Positions 46,586-56,301 of a stretch of 64,000 bases of DNA are shown here, in pieces. Both the position numbers and the translations under genes were made by a program. Position 1 is the stretch's first letter; every line of letters begins with the position of its first letter. A model generated the notes under the pieces. That model was given only the letters and a program-made list of their open reading frames with translations. It made no database searches and was not told the origin of the DNA. Origin of the DNA: Actinomycetes bacterium (GTDB lineage Bacteria; Actinomycetota; Acidimicrobiia; Acidimicrobiales; Acidimicrobiaceae); assembly GCA_021799875.1 (NCBI GenBank), contig JAJYZP010000003.1:216-64215 (forward strand), read 5' to 3'.

Positions 46586-47908
46586 TCATGGAGTAATCTC
46601 TTCCGATGCTCGGGGATAGTCGTAGGTAACTACTCGACCGTGACGGTCAAAGCGGTAGAGCGATTCGGGAGGAATCCGACCGGTATCGAGGTCTTCGATG
46701 AGAGAGACCAAGGGGTCGCCAACGGCCGGCTCACCGATCTCATTGATGACCGAGATGTGTCGGACGAACGTGATGCCTGGACGGGCTCGGTGCTGGTAGG
46801 TCACTGAAATTTCAGAGCGGGGCCAGAGGCCATCGGTGATTTCGACCGATTCGATGGTGCCGTAATGGAGCTGAATCGGTCCCGATCTCTTCCCGTCTCT
46901 TGTAACCCAACCGGTAAGCAGCGCTTCAGTGAGCTCGTGAGCAGTCTTCAATACCGTGGCTAAGGATCCCTTGGACAGAACAGCTGGGACGAGTCCTTGG
47001 AGGTTGGAGAGTGGCAACTCTCGCTCGTCTAGGAGCGTCTCGAGCTGGTCAGTATTGCGACGGTGTCGCACAAGTTTGGAACCATGTACCGTATGGACGA
47101 TGCAGTACAACGAGTCGTTGCTCTCGACGCTCTGTCCGAGTCGACCATCAAGGAGTACTGAGTGCGCAACTTCATCGCCGGGAAGTGGCCAGATAACGAT
47201 CCCGTTCTGCTCACGTAGTACGGCAGCCCGAGGGGATTGTTGAGAGAGCTGCAGGAGTCGATGCACGTCGTTTCCGTTTGCATCCAAAGTGGGGAGGTCT
47301 CTGCGATAGTCATCGGGAAGGTGCATCCAGTCAGGTCGATGTAGGTCTCGCGCAGTTTCGAGCTGAATAGGTCTGGTATAGCTTGGCGAAACCTTCCACT
47401 GTTGTCGGAACCACTGCGGCGTGGCGGTCTCATCGAAGATTTCGAGCTCCACGACGAGATCCTCGTCAAGGAGTTCACTGTGAAGGTACCGGCCGGTGAG
47501 CAGGTGCTCCGGTCCATGACCGCCGCTCGTTTCCACGAGTGAAATAACGACGAAGGCACTCGAAGTCGAAGAGGCAGACGAACCACTGGCTCTGTGCTCT
47601 AGGACCACCCAGCAGTGCTGGTCGTAAGGGTTGATGGCCATAATTGGGGCGTCGAAAAGAAATCGTGCAATCGGCTCATCTGGTCTAGTTAAGATGAGTT
47701 CTGACTCTCTCGGCGTCCGGACATACCACAGTTGCGAGTCGACGGCTCGGTAGGTAGTCGGTATTTTTGTGACTTCAGGGAGTCGATGGAGTCGCCACTG
47801 AGAGTTTTCTTCGCAGTTGCGTTGTGCGACAAAAGGCAGAATCCGATCGCCGATGGTCACCGTACCGTGCTCGATCGTGAGCGTCGCTGGCTGCAGGTAG
47901 CGCTCCAT
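46586..47908 (-). CDS. Hypothetical cytoplasmic protein, 440 aa, no recognised domain
   Basis: A long uninterrupted ORF on the same strand as its neighbours. No TM segment, signal peptide or known motif that I can identify. Confidence 0.6.
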   Translation of the reverse strand: MERYLQPATLTIEHGTVTIGDRILPFVAQRNCEENSQWRLHRLPEVTKIPTTYRAVDSQLWYVRTPRESELILTRPDEPIARFLFDAPIMAINPYDQHCWVVLEHRASGSSASSTSSAFVVISLVETSGGHGPEHLLTGRYLHSELLDEDLVVELEIFDETATPQWFRQQWKVSPSYTRPIQLETARDLHRPDWMHLPDDYRRDLPTLDANGNDVHRLLQLSQQSPRAAVLREQNGIVIWPLPGDEVAHSVLLDGRLGQSVESNDSLYCIVHTVHGSKLVRHRRNTDQLETLLDERELPLSNLQGLVPAVLSKGSLATVLKTAHELTEALLTGWVTRDGKRSGPIQLHYGTIESVEITDGLWPRSEISVTYQHRARPGITFVRHISVINEIGEPAVGDPLVSLIEDLDTGRIPPESLYRFDRHGRVVTYDYPRASEEITP

Positions 47909-48132
47909 GATTCCATGGTAGTGAGGTCCTTTGCTGAGAAAACTGAACAGTTCACGACTGCCACTCTCTCAGTGGTCTGCTGGGACGTTGAAATGGTACC
48001 GTACCCAATCGATCGTTAGATCTCGCATCGGAGATCCTTGGGTATTCGCTACTGATGGCAGTAGCGTGAGTGCAGCCCGAACGATGTGGCCAAGCTTTGT
48101 ACGAGTTGGAATCAGGTCGTTCTTGGTGTTGG

Positions 48133-50745
48133 TCAGGCCGTTTCCACGGCAGCGGCCCTCCGTGTCTTTGGGAGTTTTATGAGCCCCAAGTAGGCGGCTA
48201 GCCCGACCAGGCCAAGATTGATACTGAGGTCAAGCCAGAAGAGTACCGTTACCGTCAGTTGACTCTCGTTAATGATGACCCTATCTGCTCCTTTGGGGAC
48301 CATGACCCCACTCCAAACGCCATCAACGGTGATGAGCTGAGCTGGTGCACCATTGACCGATACGGATGAACCCGGCGGTATGGTCGCTCGCAAGACCACG
48401 AACTCTTTGACAGGAGAGGTAAAGGTAGCCCTCAGCGAGTTTGAAGACTGTGAGATTGTGACTGAGGTGACGAGCTCGCCCTGAGCCGAGCTTGAGAGGG
48501 ATCGAGCGAGGGACTGTGAGGCGACGGTAGCGATAGCGTTTGAGATAATCTCACCGTGGTGAACCAGGTTCGGGTCGCTCAAGATTTCGTTGGGAACCCA
48601 TACTTTGGAGGCGTTGGCCGCCATGTCAAGTCCGTAGATATTGAGTCGCAGACCGCCGATCACCGTTGCGCCTAGGTCGGTTATTGAAGGCGTTGTGACG
48701 ATCACTGCGTTGAAGGGTTGGAAGCTTGGCTCAGCTGATTCCTGCTGCAGGAGCGCTGCGTATGCGCTCTGATACGGTCGTAGGCCCAATGCGATTTTGG
48801 GCGTGGTGTTGTGTGGCGATACGGCCCATTGGAGGAGTAGGGGAGAGTCACCGGTGAGAGGGTAGCGACTTTGCAGGTAGTTGTGAGTGAGGTAGAGCGA
48901 GACAAGGTGCGTCAACGCGCGAAATTCTGTGGACGTCAGCCGAGCGGTCTGCGTTGTTGTCGGCGCTGTATTAGGGAGTGTACCTGGTGTGATGACGGCC
49001 CCAACTCCAATGGTTGCGAGCTCGTCGAGGTGTAGTGGCGTTGCAATCAGGTTGTAGAGAGCAGGGGCGAGGGGATAGATCGGAGAGGAGGGAGAACGGA
49101 CGTCTTCGTGTCCGAAGTAGTACGTCAGTGTCCTTCCGAGACCTCGAGCTAGGAACGGGTCGTACTCCTGAATGGTCGAGAGCCCGTGATCTGCCAGTGT
49201 TGGTGACACAAAAATATTGTTTGTCGAATCGAGGATCGTCGACTGGATACCGTGTGTCGCAAGGATCTGTTTGAGCGGCAAGGGTTGATTGTAGAGCTGT
49301 CGTGCGGGGGCGAGGTATCGGGGGATAAAGAGCTCGAGGGTACAGAGAGTGAGGAGGCCGATCCCATAGGGTCGAAGGCTCGTCGTGCGAGGGCCGAGGA
49401 GGATGATGAGCGTCCCAATAGTCATCATGGACGCTACCACGGTGAAGGTTTCGGTGAGGTGTGTGGTAGGGGCGCTCGACGGGTGAGCGACGATGCGCTC
49501 CGTGACGACGATCGCTATCACCGCGAGCCCTGTCGCAAGGTAGGCGGTTGGTCTCAGGTGACCTAGGGCGTCGATCCCATAACTCGAAAGAATGCAGAGA
49601 GGAAGCCACCATAGAAAGCCGAGGAATCGGACGTTGGTAATGTCGCGTAGATACGGCAGTGCGAAGATATTGAGAATGTGTGCGGCATTGACGAAGCCGA
49701 GAAGCCCAAAAAGCGTAAGCCCTGCGAGAACTGCGATACTTCGGCGATCGAGAGTCGTCGAACTTTTATGGAATGCGAACCGTATCGCTCCAGCCGAGAG
49801 TGGCCATAAAAACGGATTTCCGAAGAGCCAAACCGTCTGGCCTGCAGCGGTAAGGGTCGATCCAAACAGAGTCGGATCGATCAAAGTTGTTAGCCAACTT
49901 GGAGGTGCCCAGCTGAGGTATGATAACGGACTCTGGTACGCACTATAGCTATGCAGAGTGCTCAGCAGTTCATAGGTAGCAACGATCGACGCGCAGAGCG
50001 CCACTGCAGTAGCCAGCGCAAGACCGACCAATAGGCGTCGTAGCTTTGGATGGTTCTCCCTGCGCAGGTCGAGTCTGCTGAGAGCTATCAGGAGCGAACT
50101 TAAAGAAATGTATGGGACGACTTCAGCGAAGCCCGAAAGAAGAAGCTGCGAGAGGGCTAGGGCATAGAGCGTCAGCCAGATTAAGCGCCGAGAGCCGCTG
50201 ACACTAGCAAGCTTGACAAGGGTGATCGCTAGATACGGCGCGACGACGAGAGGGTTGATGATCTCCATATTGATGTTTGCGATCATCGGGCCGCTCAGGA
50301 TAGCGAGAACCGCTCCAACGACTGAGGCGACGTACGAACGCCCCAACTGCCGTAGGAGGAGGTATACCCCGATAGCGCTGAGATACATACCAACGATTGG
50401 CCACATCGAGAGGTTGGTTCGGAACATGAGGTGTGTGAGAATCTCCGGGAAAAACCAGGGCGCAGCTTGGTTCCCTGCAAGCGTAAAGCCGTAACCTTCG
50501 TAGGGGTACCAAATGGGAAGGTGACCATGACTCCACGATTGTGTCACTGCGATGAGCTTGGGAAGGACCTCGAGGCCACCACCGATTGGGTCTCCGACGA
50601 AGTACGGTGGAGTTGGAACGACCCCAGTCATCAAGCTTTTAGCTCCCCAGATGACGGGACCGTATGCAATCAGGATAGCGAGCGGTAGTGCGACGGTAAC
50701 GCTGATGAACCCCCACCGTCTCCGCTTCCAGAGCGTTACAGCCAA
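48133..50745 (-). CDS. Large polytopic membrane protein, YfhO-like (putative glycosyl-lipid-dependent glycosyltransferase topology)
   Basis: About 13 N-terminal TM segments, an extracytoplasmic domain of about 340 aa, and a final C-terminal TM (VLFWLDLSINLGLVGLAAYLGLI). This is the architecture I associate with YfhO/GT-C proteins. The family call is by topology only. Confidence 0.65.
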   Translation of the reverse strand: MAVTLWKRRRWGFISVTVALPLAILIAYGPVIWGAKSLMTGVVPTPPYFVGDPIGGGLEVLPKLIAVTQSWSHGHLPIWYPYEGYGFTLAGNQAAPWFFPEILTHLMFRTNLSMWPIVGMYLSAIGVYLLLRQLGRSYVASVVGAVLAILSGPMIANINMEIINPLVVAPYLAITLVKLASVSGSRRLIWLTLYALALSQLLLSGFAEVVPYISLSSLLIALSRLDLRRENHPKLRRLLVGLALATAVALCASIVATYELLSTLHSYSAYQSPLSYLSWAPPSWLTTLIDPTLFGSTLTAAGQTVWLFGNPFLWPLSAGAIRFAFHKSSTTLDRRSIAVLAGLTLFGLLGFVNAAHILNIFALPYLRDITNVRFLGFLWWLPLCILSSYGIDALGHLRPTAYLATGLAVIAIVVTERIVAHPSSAPTTHLTETFTVVASMMTIGTLIILLGPRTTSLRPYGIGLLTLCTLELFIPRYLAPARQLYNQPLPLKQILATHGIQSTILDSTNNIFVSPTLADHGLSTIQEYDPFLARGLGRTLTYYFGHEDVRSPSSPIYPLAPALYNLIATPLHLDELATIGVGAVITPGTLPNTAPTTTQTARLTSTEFRALTHLVSLYLTHNYLQSRYPLTGDSPLLLQWAVSPHNTTPKIALGLRPYQSAYAALLQQESAEPSFQPFNAVIVTTPSITDLGATVIGGLRLNIYGLDMAANASKVWVPNEILSDPNLVHHGEIISNAIATVASQSLARSLSSSAQGELVTSVTISQSSNSLRATFTSPVKEFVVLRATIPPGSSVSVNGAPAQLITVDGVWSGVMVPKGADRVIINESQLTVTVLFWLDLSINLGLVGLAAYLGLIKLPKTRRAAAVETA

Positions 50746-51060
50746 GGGACTCGAGGTCGTTGTGTAGGTTGAATTTGCAAGAGGTCCGTCGCTCGGCGAT
50801 GGTTTTCCGATCGCCGATCATGAGAGTGATTGACCACCTGGAGAGGAGTGACCTCGGTAGACGTGGAGATCAAGCGCTTCTCCCGAGCCGGCGCTCGACA
50901 ACCCTGGAAACCTTTTGTGTCATGAGGCGAGAAGGTAGCTGAGTCTGAAATTGACCGATTCGACGTAGTGGCCCACAGTGAGAGGGTACCAGATGCATGG
51001 ACATTCGTCACTACTAAATGGGAGGACCAGATCTCTCTGCAACACAAATTGTCAGGCACC

Positions 51061-51366
51061 TTAAGTAAGTTGCTGGTGGTCGTAGGTCCGCAACGCTCCA
51101 CGTTCGATCGTGAATGTGACGCGCTCGTCGGGGTCGGGACAACACGCCATAGAGTCGATCGCTAACCAGTCGCTTGGATCAAGTTGGCGTTGCTTAGCTG
51201 GTAGCAAAGGTAGGAGAGAGGCGAGTGCATAGAGACAGAGGTGCTTACCTGGTGGTACTGTGATCTGGGAGCTTTGAGAGACCTCGAAGTAGTCTCCGAC
51301 TGCCAAGCCGCAGACGGACCTCCCCTCGATCTTGGTGACGGTGATTCGGAGGTCGAAGAGGTCCAC
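51061..51366 (-). CDS. TIGR04076 family small cysteine-containing protein
   Basis: The pattern RITVTKIEGRSVCGLAVGDYFEV...GKHLCLYALASLLPLLP...CCPDPDERVTFTIER matches my recollection of the TIGR04076 family. Its start overlaps the DUF885 stop. Confidence 0.65.
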   Translation of the reverse strand: MDLFDLRITVTKIEGRSVCGLAVGDYFEVSQSSQITVPPGKHLCLYALASLLPLLPAKQRQLDPSDWLAIDSMACCPDPDERVTFTIERGALRTYDHQQLT

Positions 51367-53036
51367 TACTGCCTAGGACTCTGCACTAACTCGGTAACAG
51401 TATCGACAAGATTGTGAAGCCCCATCGGTCCTAAGGAGAGCAAAGTCTCGATACAGCGTGGTTCCGAGGTATTCGAACTCTGTGAGAGTCGTTGAATCTG
51501 CTCTCTCCAGAGTTTTGCGCCGAACGAGAATGCGAGAGCTTGAGCTGGCCAACCAAGATACCGCTCAACCTCCGTCGTCGCCATTGATGTGCTGATTCCT
51601 GAGGCCTGAGCGAGGGCCACGACGGCTCCTTCGAAGGTCCACGAGCCGGTTTCGTTGGTAAGTATATTGTGATCAGGAATCGCTTTGCGAAGGTGGATAC
51701 CGAGATCAAGAATGACTCGTGCGGCACGCCACCGCTGAGCGAAGAGCGAACCGAGTCGCCCTGCGGGAGAATCTGCGACCACTTCAAGATACATTCGACG
51801 CTCTGCCTCATGCGCCCAGCCCTCCACGTATCCGTGAACCTGCCCGTACAGCTGCTGCCATGGATGGAGGTCGCCAGCTGCCGTCGCTAACGTTGCCTGC
51901 AGATGATGACCAGGAACGCCTTCATGAAAGACCGTCGAACGCTCGCGCCACTTCCGAATCACCCCATTATGTGGCAAGGACCACCAGATAGTCCCCGGTC
52001 TTGCCTGTTGTGGAGAACCAGGGGTGTAGTACATGACTCCCATTGACGCAGGCGTAATGTCGCAGCGGAGATTACGAACGCACTCGTTCAGGGGAAACCA
52101 GCGCCGATCTATGTGTGTCATAACTTCGGCTAGTTCTTCTTCAAGCCACGCAATCAAGTCGCGTGGGTCCGAGATCGGAGTGCTGTCTGCATGATCGAGC
52201 ATCGATGCTGCCTCGTCGATGGTGCGGAACCCTAGTTCTCGAGCCACCGATTGCATCTCAACGGTAATTCGCTCGTACTCCGCCCAGCCGAAGAGATATA
52301 TCTCGTCGAGGTCTATCTCGGTGCCGAGGAATGCTTGCGCCGTGACGAGATATTGCTCTTTACCTACACCAAGTGAGTCACGGGCTTGCGGAAGTAGGTC
52401 GTGCCGGAGAAAGGTGCTGAAGCGCTCGGTTGCCTCGCTTGCAAGGGAAGCGAGACGATCCAGTCGCTCATCTCTCTGACTGTTGACGAGTCGTCTGTAG
52501 AAGTCGTCTCCGTAAGGTGACGCCCACTGCTCGCATTGGCTGGCGGCGAAGAGAATCGGTCTTTGCTGCACGATGTGTCCGTCCCGAGCGCTCTCGGTGA
52601 GTGTCTGTCGATACGCTTCCATGGCTTTCGGTACTGCAGCGAGGTTGGTTGCAACGCGCTCCCAGTCGGCTTTGGTTTCATGGGCAATATTGTCAAAGGT
52701 CTCTCGGATCGCGTGAACCATGGTTGCAAGCGGGGCGAGTAATGAACGAGTGAAGCCGACGTGGTCAAGACTCTCGTCGCTTGTCAGCCTCTCGACCATA
52801 AGTGCTTTCAGTCGCGCTTGGATTGGGTCCTCAGGGGTTGTGGAGCTCAGGTCCCGAAGTGCGCGAACCCGAGCATCGTGCAAGACGTTGAAGTACGTCG
52901 GATCGGGAAGAGGGATATCGAGATCATGTTCTCTGCCTAGAGCTACTTGAGCGGACGGATCGACTTGAGCAAAGGACGAGAGCAGCTCGTCGGCGATGCG
53001 CCCTACTGATCCGAAGCGTGGATCGGATCGTTGCAC
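51366..53036 (-). CDS. DUF885 domain-containing protein (putative metallopeptidase-like)
   Basis: HEGVPGHHLQ motif and overall DUF885 length. Start trimmed to GTG 53036 because the listed start at 53357 overlaps the upstream LLM gene by 278 nt. TTG 53087 is an alternative. Confidence 0.8.
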   Translation of the reverse strand: MQRSDPRFGSVGRIADELLSSFAQVDPSAQVALGREHDLDIPLPDPTYFNVLHDARVRALRDLSSTTPEDPIQARLKALMVERLTSDESLDHVGFTRSLLAPLATMVHAIRETFDNIAHETKADWERVATNLAAVPKAMEAYRQTLTESARDGHIVQQRPILFAASQCEQWASPYGDDFYRRLVNSQRDERLDRLASLASEATERFSTFLRHDLLPQARDSLGVGKEQYLVTAQAFLGTEIDLDEIYLFGWAEYERITVEMQSVARELGFRTIDEAASMLDHADSTPISDPRDLIAWLEEELAEVMTHIDRRWFPLNECVRNLRCDITPASMGVMYYTPGSPQQARPGTIWWSLPHNGVIRKWRERSTVFHEGVPGHHLQATLATAAGDLHPWQQLYGQVHGYVEGWAHEAERRMYLEVVADSPAGRLGSLFAQRWRAARVILDLGIHLRKAIPDHNILTNETGSWTFEGAVVALAQASGISTSMATTEVERYLGWPAQALAFSFGAKLWREQIQRLSQSSNTSEPRCIETLLSLGPMGLHNLVDTVTELVQSPRQ

Positions 53037-53079
53037 TACGGGCCTCTGTGTGGAGGGTGTACAGCCATGTTCGTCCTCT

Positions 53080-54078
53080 TCAGACAAGGCGTCGCAGTTC
53101 TGGGAGTACGAGTGTTCCAAGTAGTTGAATGCCTTCCATCTCATCGATTCCGTGCGGGGTTCCGAATTCAACTCTGTCGATGCCAGCCGCTTTAAGCCCT
53201 TCGATTTGTTCGATAATCTCCGAGGGCGTCCCGGCAAACGCAAAACGGGAGAGGACTTCGTCGGGTATGCAGCGTCCGGCGGCCTCTCGGTCGTGGAGAG
53301 TGAGAGCTCGACGCAGTGACATGAGTACATCTGGAGCAACCTCGTACGTTCGGTCAAGGTGTGCGACTACATCGAGGTAGAGGGCTACCTCTTGGCGTGC
53401 GAGGCGACGTGCCGTAGCTCCGTCCTGGTCGATGACGGTTACTGCGCCGCAGACCAGTTTCGTTCTGTTTCGATGCCCTGTCTGAGCTGGAGTGGCCGCA
53501 TCGAGCTCCGATCGTGCTAGCGCTACCATGGTTGGATTAGCGCAGCCTCCTAGCTTGACCTCGTCGAACTCACGCGCCCCAAGGGCAAGCCCTCGAGGGC
53601 CCCAGGCGCCGAGAAGAAGCTCGATCGACGATCTAAGGACGGGGTAGCTGAGCTGAAAGCCTTGCTGGACGGTAAAGTGTTGGCCGCTGAAACCCTCGTC
53701 GTTGCCGGAGAGTAGGAGACGGAGTACGCTAAGTGTCTCTTCGATCCGGGAGAGCGCGTTGTGCTGTGATAGTCCAATCACATCCATCCATGATCCCCGT
53801 GCAAGTCCGAGATACGCTCGACCGTGCGAGGCGTGATCGAGCATCGCTATTTGACCTGCGATCTCAAGAGGATGAGTCAAGATCGGTGAGTAGCAGGCTG
53901 GACCTACTCGTAAGCTTTGTGAGCATCTCGCTATCTCAAGGAGAGCAGGCAGGGAAGGCTGGAATCCTAGATCCGAAAAGACCGATATTCCATCGAACCG
54001 TAGTGTCTCAGCCAACGCGGCGATACGTCCGTACGTCGTGAGAGTCTTATTGCTCTGGAGCCCAAGCGTAACCTGCAT
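53080..54078 (-). CDS. LLM-class flavin/F420-dependent oxidoreductase (luciferase-like monooxygenase)
   Basis: The profile MQVTLGLQSN...FDGISVFSDL...GRAYLGLARGSW...LLLGAWGPRGL is typical of luciferase-like monooxygenases. Start trimmed to ATG 54078 from the listed 54261. Confidence 0.8.
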   Translation of the reverse strand: MQVTLGLQSNKTLTTYGRIAALAETLRFDGISVFSDLGFQPSLPALLEIARCSQSLRVGPACYSPILTHPLEIAGQIAMLDHASHGRAYLGLARGSWMDVIGLSQHNALSRIEETLSVLRLLLSGNDEGFSGQHFTVQQGFQLSYPVLRSSIELLLGAWGPRGLALGAREFDEVKLGGCANPTMVALARSELDAATPAQTGHRNRTKLVCGAVTVIDQDGATARRLARQEVALYLDVVAHLDRTYEVAPDVLMSLRRALTLHDREAAGRCIPDEVLSRFAFAGTPSEIIEQIEGLKAAGIDRVEFGTPHGIDEMEGIQLLGTLVLPELRRLV

Positions 54079-54279
54079 CGATGACCATCTGTGTGAGAAC
54101 CTACATCGCACTCTAGGGGAAATGAGCGTTGTCGATGCGTATCGCTGCGGGAACCAAGGTGCTCGAGGGAGCTGACTCGTTCCTTGAGGACCTGCATGAC
54201 AGTGGTGCTGACACGAACGCGTAACGTTGAAGCACGGTGGATCGCTCATTGAGCGATCCAAGGGGGAGGTCGTGTCGTA

Positions 54280-55506
54280 ATGGTCTCTGGTGAGACAAGA
54301 ACCGTACTGACGAATTTGACGATCGTCGATAGCGTGGCAGAGCCTATCGACGATGGAGCGATCATGATCACTAATGAGAGGATCTCCTTCGTGGGAGGTC
54401 GGAGTGAGCTCGAAGCGGTCCCTATCGCCGATGCGAGAGTTCTTGACCTCGATGGTGCGTACGTCACTCCGGGCCTGATCAACCTACATACGCATTTCTC
54501 TCTTGCTCTGCCTGGGACAGTGGGCGATGGAGTTCGGTCTCTCAATCCGTATGACCTTGCGCTCTGGATGGCACATGGAGCTCGCCGGACGTTGCAGTGT
54601 GGAGTGACAACCGTTCGGTGTGTGGCCGAACGTGACCATGCAGATTTTGCTCTGCGCCGGGCCATCCGCGCTGGATATCTCGAGGGTCCATCGATCTACA
54701 CTGCGGGACGCGCTCTGATCTGTACGGGTGGCCACGGTTTCGAAGGCTCTGACACACTGCAGTGTGATGGTCCGGACGAGTTTCGCAGAGGGGTTCGTTC
54801 TCAGGTGAGCGCCGGTGCGGATCTCATTAAGGTCATGATCTCAGGAGGTATCGCCGGCGAACACGAGGCTATCGCTACGAAACAGCTCTCTTACGAGGAG
54901 CTCGCTGCTGTGCTAGAGACTGCTCACAACTGGGGTCGAAAGGTGACGGCACATGCCGGTCCCGCTGAGGCCATAGCAGAAGCGGTGGAGCTAGGACTTG
55001 ACTGTGTTGAACACGGGTACCAACTGACCCCTGAGGTAGCGCAGCTCATGGCCGAGCGTCAGGTTTCGTACGTTCCAACCTTGATCGTCACTCGTTGTCA
55101 GGAGTTCTTTGCAGAGATCGGCGTCCCGGCCTGGATGGCGGAGCGATCTCTCTCTGCAGGACCAAGGCATCGTGAGAGCTATCAGATGGCACTCGCAGCC
55201 GGAGTCGATTGCCTGCTGGGCTCCGATATGCCTCCGTTTTGGCCGATCGATGGAACCAATGCGACCGTACGGGAGATGGAGCATATGTCCGATGGCGGAC
55301 TCTCTCCAATTGAGACTCTGAGAGCTGCAACGATTGGACCGGCTCGCTGGTTGGGGATCGACGAGAAGGTCGGATCGCTATCGGTGGGGAAAGTCGCTGA
55401 CCTCGTCGTCTTGAAACGTGATCCACGAGAATCTATCAGTGCGTATCGAACCCTCCGTAACGTGATCCACGAAGGTCGAATGGTGAGCGCCCCTGAAGTC
55501 TGGTAG
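54280..55506 (+). CDS. Metal-dependent amidohydrolase family protein
   Basis: INLHTHFSL (HxH), AHAGP, VEHGY, GSDMPP and the C-terminal ADLVVL motif. Confidence 0.85.
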   Translation: MVSGETRTVLTNLTIVDSVAEPIDDGAIMITNERISFVGGRSELEAVPIADARVLDLDGAYVTPGLINLHTHFSLALPGTVGDGVRSLNPYDLALWMAHGARRTLQCGVTTVRCVAERDHADFALRRAIRAGYLEGPSIYTAGRALICTGGHGFEGSDTLQCDGPDEFRRGVRSQVSAGADLIKVMISGGIAGEHEAIATKQLSYEELAAVLETAHNWGRKVTAHAGPAEAIAEAVELGLDCVEHGYQLTPEVAQLMAERQVSYVPTLIVTRCQEFFAEIGVPAWMAERSLSAGPRHRESYQMALAAGVDCLLGSDMPPFWPIDGTNATVREMEHMSDGGLSPIETLRAATIGPARWLGIDEKVGSLSVGKVADLVVLKRDPRESISAYRTLRNVIHEGRMVSAPEVW

Positions 55507-55677
55507 GTAAGATCCGCGCGATAGGCGAGATCCCTTGCTTGTCCTGGGCAGATCCTCTCCGGTACAACTCTCCCAACTCGGCTTCTTTGGTGCACGGGGA
55601 TCCGTTCTTGGGTTAGCAAGGGTCTTCACTCGATCCACGGCGGAGCGGGTGCGAGACGGGTTGATCGATGTGATCGG

Positions 55678-55713
55678 CTGAATGGACCATCTCTTCCCAG
55701 CTGGTCCATTCAG
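55678..55713. terminator. 12-bp perfect stem-loop between convergent genes
   Basis: CTGAATGGACCA (55678-55689), 12-nt loop, TGGTCCATTCAG (55702-55713). No U-tract. Confidence 0.45.
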
Positions 55714-55938
55714 CGTGCGGAGCTCTCTCGAATCGTGAACCGCTGACACGCTCACTATGGTGAGACTCGGCCGACCGCCTTGGTGCAGAGGTACAGCGCT
55801 TAGCTAGTCCAACACGACCTGTCTCGATGGCCGCATAGCCGGTAGAGACTGGTCCTCGTCGCTTGCTGCGTAGCCGCCGATAGGGCAAATGAGGACTATG
55901 GCGCTTGCATTGGATAAGCAACAGAAGCTAATTGGGCG

Positions 55939-56301
55939 TTACCACACTGCGCTAAGCACGCTGTTTGCTTTGATCTCCACGTGTTGACAGACGGTGCCTT
56001 CGGGCGAGAGGATCTCGTACGTTCCTTGTTCGAGGGAGCCAAAGACAGCGGCGATCGTCTGTGAGCCAGTGGAGAGTTCTCTGGAAAGCATCCATACGTG
56101 AATGTCATCCGTTGGTGAATCTTGTCGCCGCAGATGAATCTCCAGACCAGCTTGTTCTGGGGTGCCGTAGACGATGAGTGCACCGAATGTATGGTCGACA
56201 TTAATTGCAACAGATACGCCAGCGTCACTAGGAGCGAGCTCTGGGCTCGCTCCTAGTGACTCGTGGACGTGGACGCTGCTGGGGTCCATCACCGTGCTCA
56301 T
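55939..56301 (-). CDS. Hypothetical 120-aa protein, translationally coupled to DUF4331
   Basis: ATGA start/stop overlap with the upstream gene. The sequence alternates in a beta-rich pattern. No known motif. Confidence 0.5.
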   Translation of the reverse strand: MSTVMDPSSVHVHESLGASPELAPSDAGVSVAINVDHTFGALIVYGTPEQAGLEIHLRRQDSPTDDIHVWMLSRELSTGSQTIAAVFGSLEQGTYEILSPEGTVCQHVEIKANSVLSAVW

